Source: Desulfobulbus propionicus DSM 2032 (lineage in GTDB: Bacteria; Desulfobacterota; Desulfobulbia; Desulfobulbales; Desulfobulbaceae). Taken from it: a stretch of 32,000 bases of DNA. A model generated the notes under the pieces. That model was not told the origin of the DNA. It was given only the letters and a program-made list of their open reading frames with translations, and did not search any database. This document shows, piece after piece, positions 14,660-20,286 of the stretch. Made by a program: the position numbers and the translations under genes. The DNA lies in assembly GCF_000186885.1 (NCBI RefSeq), contig NC_014972.1, positions 480,001 through 512,000 on the forward strand, read 5' to 3'. Positions within the stretch are counted from its first letter, which is position 1. Every line of letters starts with the position of its first letter.

Positions 14660-15099
14660 CGCTTTTGCTTTGCGGGACGACGTTGGCGTCCCCGATGATT
14701 TCCAACTGCAAGTAGGCCCGGCCAAGGCGCACATGCTTGATGCGGGTGGCAGCGGGAAGAAGTAACGCTTTTGCTTTGCGGGACGACGTTGGCGTCCCCG
14801 ATGATTTCCAACTGCAAGTAGGCCCGGCCAAGGCGCACATGCTTGATGCGGGTGGCAGCGGGAAGAAGTAACGCTTTTGCTTTGCGGGACGACGTTGGCG
14901 TCCCCGATGATTTCCAACTGCAAGTAGGCCCGGCCAAGGCGGCCATGCTTGATGCGGGTGGCAGCGGGAAGAAGTAACGCTTTTGCTTTGCGGGACGACG
15001 TTGGCGTCCCCGATGATTTCCAACTGCAAGTAGGCCCGGCCAAGGCGCACATGCTTGATGCGGGTGGCAGCGGGAAGAAGTAACGCTTTTGCTTTGCGG
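14627..15099. repeat. 106-bp tandem repeat, 4 full copies + 49-bp partial, beginning within the last 11 codons of int
   Basis: Units start at 14627, 14733, 14839, 14945 and 15051. Copies are identical apart from GCGGCC versus GCGCAC at the end of copy 3. Each unit contains the int C-terminus plus stop (MLDAGGSGKK*) and a GGGACG-N7-CGTCCC hairpin. Confidence 0.95.
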
Positions 15100-15180
15100 G
15101 GATAGAGGGCACTCGACAAGCCGCCTATCCTGGGGCGGTTTCCCCGCGATCTACACCAGGGCGCTACAGGAGCGCAGAGG

Positions 15181-15894
15181 ATGGGATTACCGGAGCCACA
15201 AAGATTTTTCATTGAAGAGTTATGTGCTCGATGGAACAAAACTCCTGAATATGTTCTTGAGCTCGGCATATCTGGAGAACTGATAATCTGGGCAGAATTT
15301 AACGATAAGTTCGCCGTGCCGGAAAGCTATATCCTGCTTTCTGATGAAGAACGAAACAGGAAATACCCCGATATTGAAGATCCATTTATGCTCCCCACAC
15401 GTTTTCTTTTCGATAAAATTGAATCACGGCCAGTAAGAAAAGAGCTTTCACTATTAAGGTTAAATTGTGGAGAGGCAACGGTTAAGCAGGTTCATTGTCT
15501 TCATGGAAGCAAAGATACCCGTATCGCGGTGGCAACCGGTACACCAGAGCCTTTTACCTTTTCACTAAAAAATCTATTTGTTCGCCTTGAAGACGTTGAA
15601 TCGTTCGAGGTGCGGCATGGTCTCACTGGCAATCAGTCTAGAGTGGACCACCAAGGCAGTTTATCTGCGAAGCGGGAAAAAACATTGTTGAAGGTAATCG
15701 GTGCGCTCCTTTCGATGAAATACCAAGCCCCAGCATATTTCAAAGGTGGGAAAGTAAATGCCACGGCTGTAGAGGATCAATTCATGCGTGATCTTGCCGC
15801 AGCCAATTTTACCACTGACGGCATCAAAGAGGGCACGATACGAAAGACCATTATCAAGCAAGCCTTCGAGGCAATAGGGGAAAACAAGGAATAA
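15181..15894 (+). CDS. Hypothetical protein, AT-rich orphan cargo gene of the island
   Basis: 237 aa with RBS AGGAG at 8-nt spacing. Sampled lines are 35-42% G+C versus ~67% in a sampled line of the primase gene. I recognise no family. The N-terminus (RFFIEELCARWNKTPEYVLELGISGEL) could be a small HTH-like module. Confidence 0.6.
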   Translation: MGLPEPQRFFIEELCARWNKTPEYVLELGISGELIIWAEFNDKFAVPESYILLSDEERNRKYPDIEDPFMLPTRFLFDKIESRPVRKELSLLRLNCGEATVKQVHCLHGSKDTRIAVATGTPEPFTFSLKNLFVRLEDVESFEVRHGLTGNQSRVDHQGSLSAKREKTLLKVIGALLSMKYQAPAYFKGGKVNATAVEDQFMRDLAAANFTTDGIKEGTIRKTIIKQAFEAIGENKE

Positions 15895-15951
15895 TAACAG
15901 AAAAATACACTTTTTCGCCGGGCGGTTTCTCAATATTCGTCCACATATACA

Positions 15952-15996
15952 GGCATTTGTCACTTTGGCAAATGCCTTTTCTTTTTGGCAAATGCC
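15952..15996 (+). promoter_or_regulatory. Operator-like repeats upstream of the alpA-primase module
   Basis: TTGGCAAATGCC occurs at 15965-15976 and 15985-15996 (20-bp period). The second copy forms the palindrome TGGCA-AA-TGCCA. The inverted half GGCATTTG lies at 15952-15959. Confidence 0.4.
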
Positions 15997-16074
15997 ACTA
16001 TTCAGGAAAAAATAACCGTACTTTCGCCACATGAACGACGGATTACCCGTCAACCTGAACTATGAGGTGAAAGA

Positions 16075-16290
16075 ATGGAACTGATCCAAAAAACGAGAAC
16101 AACAAGCAATCTCCTTCCCCCAGAAGAAGCGGCGGCCATGCTGGGCGTTACCGTCGGCACACTCCAAGTTTGGCGGACCACCCGCCGTTACCCCCTTAAG
16201 TACGTCAAATCCGGTCGGCTTGTCCGTTATCGGCTGGAAGACATTCAAGCGTTCATCGAATCCCGGACCGTTTCCCCTGCGGAGGTCTGA
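16075..16290 (+). CDS. AlpA/excisionase-type HTH DNA-binding protein
   Basis: 71 aa with RBS GAGGTGA. HTH_17/MerR-like motif LLPPEEAAAMLGVTVGTLQVWRTTRRYPLKYVKSGRLVRYRLEDIQAFI. Confidence 0.8.
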   Translation: MELIQKTRTTSNLLPPEEAAAMLGVTVGTLQVWRTTRRYPLKYVKSGRLVRYRLEDIQAFIESRTVSPAEV

Positions 16291-16293
16291 ACG

Positions 16294-16413
16294 ATGGCGC
16301 GGAAAAATCGTCAACGTGTCAAAGCCATAATCTTTTGGCTGGGCGTCCGTGGAGTGCTGCCCGTTGCCATAGTTGAGTGGATTATTCGTAAAGGGGGGAT
16401 GAAGCATGATTGA
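16294..16413 (+). CDS. Possible 39-aa small membrane peptide (not in the ORF track)
   Basis: ATG at 16294 is preceded by GGAGG at 8-nt spacing. Product MARKNRQRVKAIIFWLGVRGVLPVAIVEWIIRKGGMKHD has a basic N-terminus and a hydrophobic core. It overlaps the primase start by 8 nt. Confidence 0.3.
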   Translation: MARKNRQRVKAIIFWLGVRGVLPVAIVEWIIRKGGMKHD

Positions 16414-18862
16414 TTTTGAGCGAGTCAACAGCGCGGCTCTCTCCCATATGGAAAGTTTGTTGCCGGAATTATTACCGGGCGGGCGGATCAGTGGCCGTGA
16501 ATATCAATGCGGAGACGTGACCGGCGGTCCTGGTCGATCCATGAGCGTGAATATCGAGACGGGAAAATGGTCTGATTTTGCTGATACCGTCAAAGGTGGC
16601 GACCCGATTTCCCTTGTGGCGGCTGTCCACGGTTGCGAGCAAGGAGAAGCTGCGCGGTGGTTGGAAAGTTGGCTGGGAATTGATACCGGCAACCCCACTT
16701 CACGCAAAGAGTTTGAGGCTATGAAGGCGGAAGCGGCCAAGCGGCGGAATGATCGGGAGGCCAAAGAGCGCCAGGGGCAGCAGCAGGCGGCGGCCAAGGC
16801 AAGGAAACGATGGGAGGCGGCCCCGCCGGCGAACCCTGCCCACCCGCACCTTGCCAAAAAGAACATCAATCCCCACGGCACCCGCCAGGAAGGCGACAAG
16901 CTGCTTGTGCCTATGCGGGATGAATTCGGTGGGATATGGGCACTGCAAACCATCGGCCCTGATGGCGGCAAGCTGTTTTCCCCGGCTGGCTGTCGGACCA
17001 AGGGCCTGTATTTTTCCATTGGCGACAAACCCCAGCCGGGCGCACCGGTCTGTATCGTGGAAGGTTTCGCCACCGGCGCCGCGATCCATGAAGCCACCGG
17101 CCACCCGGTAGCCTGCGCGATGACCGCCGGGAACCTGGAAGCAGTTGCCCGAATCGTCAAGGACAAGCTACCGGGCCACCCGGTTGTTGTCTGTGGCGAT
17201 GATGACCGGAGGGACGGCACCGACAAGAACCCCGGTATCGAAGCGGCCACCAAGGCGGCCTTGGCTGTCGGCGGCCTGCTGGCCCTTCCAGGCATGGACA
17301 TAAAAAGCGATTTTTGGGACTTGCTCAACGAGCGCGGCGCGGATGCGGTGCGGGCAGCGGTAGAGAAGGCGGTACCAGCGGAGAATCAGCACGGCGGCCA
17401 GGGTGAAGCCCCGGCAGAGGATCAGGAGCGCGGACAAGAGGTAGGTGTTGACCCGGCGGCTATGGTTCAACTATTGGCGGGGTTGTCCCCTGTTGAATAC
17501 GAACTGAAACGGAAGGCGGCGGCTGAAGCCTTGGGAATCCGAGCCACTGCCCTTGACCGTGCCGTCAAGGAGGCCAAGAAAGGCCAAGGGGAAAACGATC
17601 TGCCCTTTGACGAATCAGACCCGTGGCCCGTACCGGTCAACCCGAATCACCTCTTGGCTGATATTACGGGCACCATTCAGCGGTTCATCGTCTGTTCAAA
17701 AGAGGTGGCCCACACTGTAGTCCTATGGTCTGCGATGACGTGGTTCATGGATGTGGTGCAGGTTGCCCCCTTGGCGGTCATTACCGCACCTGAAAAGCGG
17801 TGTGGCAAATCTCAGTTGTTGTTCCTGCTGGGGAGGTTGTCCGCAAGGTCGATCACTGCCAGCAGCATTTCACCGGCGGCCCTGTACCGTGCCATTGACG
17901 CATGGAGCCCCACTCTGCTGATTGACGAAGCGGACGCCTTCATGAAGGACAACGAGGAACTGCGCGGGATCATCAACAGCGGCCACACCAGGGACTCGGC
18001 CTATGTTATCCGCACTGTTGGCGACACCTTCACCCCGACCAAATTCAACACCTGGGGAGCGAAGGCCATTGCTGGTATCGGTCACATTGCCGACACGCTG
18101 ATGGACCGGGCGGTTATTCTGGAACTGCGGCGCAAACTTCCCCATGAATCCGTTGACCGGCTACGGTATGCGGAGCCTAACCTATTCCACAACCTGCGGT
18201 CAAGGCTGGCCCGGTTTGCTGAGGATTACAGCGAGAAGGTGCGCCAGGCCCGGCCGCCATTACCGGCAAGCCTGAACGACCGGGCACAAGACAATTGGGA
18301 ACCCCTGCTGGCAATCGCCATGGTTGCGGGTGGTCAATGGTTGGAGATCGGCACATCGGCAGCCTTGAAACTATCCGGCACCGAAAGCGCGGCGCAGACA
18401 ATCGGCACGGAGCTATTGGCCGACATTCAAGAGATATTCGAGGCCAGGGACACGGACAGAATCAGCACGGCGGACCTTATCAAAGCCCTATGCGAAGATG
18501 ACGAAAAGGTGTGGTCAACATACAACCGGGGGAACCCTATCAAGCCCCGGCAGCTTGCCAACAAGCTGAAAGGTTACGGCATCAGCAGCAACACGATCAG
18601 ACTCGGGATAACCACCCCCAAGGGGTTCATGCGGGATCAGTTTTCAGAAGCCTTTTCACGCTACTTGACCCCTCCCCCCCTTCCAAGCGCAACACCGCCA
18701 CAACCCTTGACTGATGGGCGTTTACCTGTTGCGGATGCAAAGCAACGTTGCGGAAACGTTGCGGATAAAAACAATGACAAGTTGTTGTTTAATCGTAATT
18801 GTTGCGGTGTTGCGGATAGAAACCCCCTCCCGAAAGATAACAAGGTTGAGGTGGAGATATGA
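16406..18862 (+). CDS. Primase/replicase: N-terminal primase-like region, Toprim domain, C-terminal DUF3631-type P-loop domain
   Basis: 818 aa. Toprim-like segment VCIVEGFATGAAIHEATGHPVACAMTAGNL ... VVVCGDDDRRDGTDKNPGIEAA. DUF3631-like C-terminus with Walker A-like APEKRCGKS and Walker B-like TLLIDEAD. Confidence 0.8.
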   Translation: MIDFERVNSAALSHMESLLPELLPGGRISGREYQCGDVTGGPGRSMSVNIETGKWSDFADTVKGGDPISLVAAVHGCEQGEAARWLESWLGIDTGNPTSRKEFEAMKAEAAKRRNDREAKERQGQQQAAAKARKRWEAAPPANPAHPHLAKKNINPHGTRQEGDKLLVPMRDEFGGIWALQTIGPDGGKLFSPAGCRTKGLYFSIGDKPQPGAPVCIVEGFATGAAIHEATGHPVACAMTAGNLEAVARIVKDKLPGHPVVVCGDDDRRDGTDKNPGIEAATKAALAVGGLLALPGMDIKSDFWDLLNERGADAVRAAVEKAVPAENQHGGQGEAPAEDQERGQEVGVDPAAMVQLLAGLSPVEYELKRKAAAEALGIRATALDRAVKEAKKGQGENDLPFDESDPWPVPVNPNHLLADITGTIQRFIVCSKEVAHTVVLWSAMTWFMDVVQVAPLAVITAPEKRCGKSQLLFLLGRLSARSITASSISPAALYRAIDAWSPTLLIDEADAFMKDNEELRGIINSGHTRDSAYVIRTVGDTFTPTKFNTWGAKAIAGIGHIADTLMDRAVILELRRKLPHESVDRLRYAEPNLFHNLRSRLARFAEDYSEKVRQARPPLPASLNDRAQDNWEPLLAIAMVAGGQWLEIGTSAALKLSGTESAAQTIGTELLADIQEIFEARDTDRISTADLIKALCEDDEKVWSTYNRGNPIKPRQLANKLKGYGISSNTIRLGITTPKGFMRDQFSEAFSRYLTPPPLPSATPPQPLTDGRLPVADAKQRCGNVADKNNDKLLFNRNCCGVADRNPLPKDNKVEVEI

Positions 18863-19212
18863 ACGCACGGGCGATTATCGAGGCGGCAGTCACTGATGGT
18901 CTGGTTGTCAATCTATCCCCCACCGGATCACTCAAGGCGATCGGTGAACAGGAAGCGGTTAATCGTTGGCGGCCACTCCTGAAGCAGCACAAGACGGAAA
19001 TCATCAACCTGTTGAGCGGAAAACCGTCTGGAGAAATGCAGGCCACCCGGCCCACCCTGCCGAACTGGTGCAACGCCAGGTGCGACCATTACCACCGGTT
19101 AGATGTGCCGGACGTGGGAACGATGCAATGGTGTTGCTGGGAGACTGATGAACGACATTGGCGGCGGGATCGGATCGACACAATGAGCAGGTGCCCGGAG
19201 AAAGAGAAGTGA
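18859..19212 (+). CDS. Hypothetical protein (TubC_N-like N-terminus, Cys/His/Trp-rich C-terminus)
   Basis: 117 aa with an ATGA overlap with the primase stop. The N-terminus LVVNLSPTGSLKAIGEQEAVNRWRPLLKQHKTEIINLL resembles the small docking-type domain often found fused to or adjacent to phage and plasmid replication proteins. C-terminus WCNARCDHYH ... WCCWETDERHW. Confidence 0.55.
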   Translation: MNARAIIEAAVTDGLVVNLSPTGSLKAIGEQEAVNRWRPLLKQHKTEIINLLSGKPSGEMQATRPTLPNWCNARCDHYHRLDVPDVGTMQWCCWETDERHWRRDRIDTMSRCPEKEK

Positions 19213-19382
19213 ACCCGGTCGAACTCGACAAGCGTCTCTCTGTTTTAGCCGTCCACCTGAAACGCCAGGGCGGCCAAGCATGGGTAACTACCGGCAAGTC
19301 GTGGCAGCACTACAAGATTGTCGATCTGGTGGAGGCCGTCGAAGAGGCACAAAAACGGATCATGAAAGAGGTGAAGAAATGA
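19209..19382 (+). CDS. Hypothetical small protein
   Basis: The ORF track opens at 19158. GTG at 19209 forms a GTGA overlap with the preceding stop. 57 aa. Confidence 0.4.
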   Translation: MNPVELDKRLSVLAVHLKRQGGQAWVTTGKSWQHYKIVDLVEAVEEAQKRIMKEVKK

Positions 19383-19549
19383 GAAAGAAAAAGCAGCAGA
19401 TACCAGCGGCAACAGTGCCCCATGTCGAGGCCCTGCGGGAAGTTGTAACGGAACAGCGGCATGGGTGGAGCAGGGAGGAGCGAAAAGCGCTATTTGATGC
19501 AATTCGGCCACTTCTGGCTATTATCTTGAGAGTTGAGGTTTCACAATGA
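19379..19549 (+). CDS. Hypothetical small protein
   Basis: The ORF track opens at 19280. ATG at 19379 forms an ATGA overlap with the preceding stop. 56 aa (MRKKKQQIPAATVPHVEALREV...). Confidence 0.4.
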   Translation: MRKKKQQIPAATVPHVEALREVVTEQRHGWSREERKALFDAIRPLLAIILRVEVSQ

Positions 19550-19650
19550 GCCCTGGAAGGTGGACACTGTTTCAACAGAATAACGAGGTGGTGGGCGCGA
19601 AATTGAACAGCCTGTGGTGGTTGTTCCATTTCCCCTCCATAAAAAGGTGA
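19546..19650 (+). CDS. Possible 34-aa peptide (not in the ORF track)
   Basis: ATG at 19546 forms an ATGA overlap with the preceding stop. Product MSPGRWTLFQQNNEVVGAKLNSLWWLFHFPSIKR. It ends 4 nt before the next gene. Confidence 0.3.
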   Translation: MSPGRWTLFQQNNEVVGAKLNSLWWLFHFPSIKR

Positions 19651-19654
19651 CGCC

Positions 19655-19858
19655 ATGAAATACACATTTGAAGAACTACTTGCCCGTCGATACTGCGGCG
19701 CAAAGACCAGGAAGGGCACACCGTGCAAGCGGTTGGATATTTACGAGAATGGCCGTTGCCCTTTGCATGGCGGCCTATCCACCGGCCCGACCACCGAAGA
19801 GGGCAAGCGATGTGCCGCGCTCAATGGGAATTGTCCCAAAAAGAAGCGGAGCCCCTGA
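19655..19858 (+). CDS. HGGxSTG domain protein
   Basis: 67 aa with motif CGAKTRKGTPCKR ... GRCPLHGGLSTGPTTEEG, typical of small Zn-ribbon-like proteins of phages, plasmids and islands. Confidence 0.7.
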   Translation: MKYTFEELLARRYCGAKTRKGTPCKRLDIYENGRCPLHGGLSTGPTTEEGKRCAALNGNCPKKKRSP

Positions 19859-19976
19859 GATGTTGGGAAATGTTAAGGTTGGTGGAGAACCAAACCCCAT
19901 GGGAACTAGAGAAAACCTGAGCCTGAAAAAGCGGAGTCCATGGGTGGTCACGAAAAGTAACGTTCTGCCTGTTTAT

Positions 19977-20011
19977 CCCCCTGACCGGATCACCGGCAGG
20001 GGATTTTTTTT
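19977..20011 (+). terminator. Rho-independent terminator at the end of the island operon
   Basis: CCCCTG(A)CCGG-ATCA-CCGGCAGGGG followed by A and then T8 (20004-20011). Confidence 0.7.
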
Positions 20012-20040
20012 GCCCTGTGGCGGCCATGATTTTTTTCAAA

Positions 20041-20059
20041 GGTAGCACCGAGGTAGCAC
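20041..20059 (+). repeat. GGTAGCACCGAGGTAGCAC 19-mer, tRNA-proximal arm of the island
   Basis: Identical to 13431-13449 and in the same orientation. Confidence 0.6.
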
Positions 20060-20060
20060 C

Positions 20061-20096
20061 AAAAAAAAAAGGGTTTAGAGAATGAACTCTAAACCC
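20061..20096 (-). terminator. Rho-independent terminator of tRNA-Arg(ACG) (island-borne copy)
   Basis: On the minus strand GGGTTTAGAG-TTCATT-CTCTAAACCC is followed by T10 (A10 at 20061-20070 on +). It is homologous to the hairpin at 13231-13256, with a compensatory base-pair change. Confidence 0.7.
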
Positions 20097-20105
20097 TTGA
20101 TTTTC

Positions 20106-20182
20106 TGGCGCGCCTGGAGAGATTCGAACTCCCGACCTACGGATTCGTAGTCCGGCGCTCTATCCAGCTGAGCTACAGGCGC
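20106..20182 (-). tRNA. tRNA-Arg (anticodon ACG), CCA encoded
   Basis: The reverse complement GCGCCTGTAGCTCAGCTGGATAGAGCGCCGGACTACGAATCCGTAGGTCGGGAGTTCGAATCTCTCCAGGCGCGCCA folds as a cloverleaf: acceptor GCGCCTG/CAGGCGC, D stem GCTC/GAGC, anticodon loop CTACGAA, T arm GGGAG-TTCGAAT-CTCTC. It closely resembles E. coli tRNA-Arg(ACG). Confidence 0.9.
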
Positions 20183-20195
20183 AAAACGGTTTCCT

Positions 20196-20224
20196 CATAT
20201 ACTCTGAACCGGGGAGATATTCAA
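20196..20224 (-). promoter_or_regulatory. Putative sigma-70 promoter of tRNA-Arg(ACG)
   Basis: Minus strand TTGAAT (20219-20224), 17 nt, TATATG (20196-20201). The -10 element ends 13 nt upstream of the mature tRNA 5' end. Confidence 0.35.
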
Positions 20225-20286
20225 GCACTTTCTTTCATTGTGTTGCTTGAACGCCCGCTTGGCTATGTTCTGGCCGTGGCCGAGCG

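Larger units (their letters stand above)
13266..20152. mobile_element. ~6.9-kb integrative element in tRNA-Arg(ACG) (int - alpA - primase/replicase core; satellite- or IME-like)
   Basis: Bounded by the 47-bp direct repeat, with the integrase gene next to one end and shared arm-type repeats near both ends. No structural phage, terminase, relaxase or conjugation genes are recognisable. Confidence 0.85.

Noticed and set aside
14627-15099. Possibility that the regular repeat array is a CRISPR
   Set aside because: The units are contiguous with no unique spacers, the period is 106 bp, there is no cas gene nearby, and the unit includes the integrase 3' end. It is a tandem duplication array, not a CRISPR.
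14471-15269. 213-, 248- and 125-aa minus-strand ORFs (and 14571-14765 on plus) with internally repeated peptide sequence
   Set aside because: They run through the 106-bp tandem repeat. The repeated peptides simply reflect the DNA repeat read in shifting frames (106 is not divisible by 3). They lack RBS and motif support.
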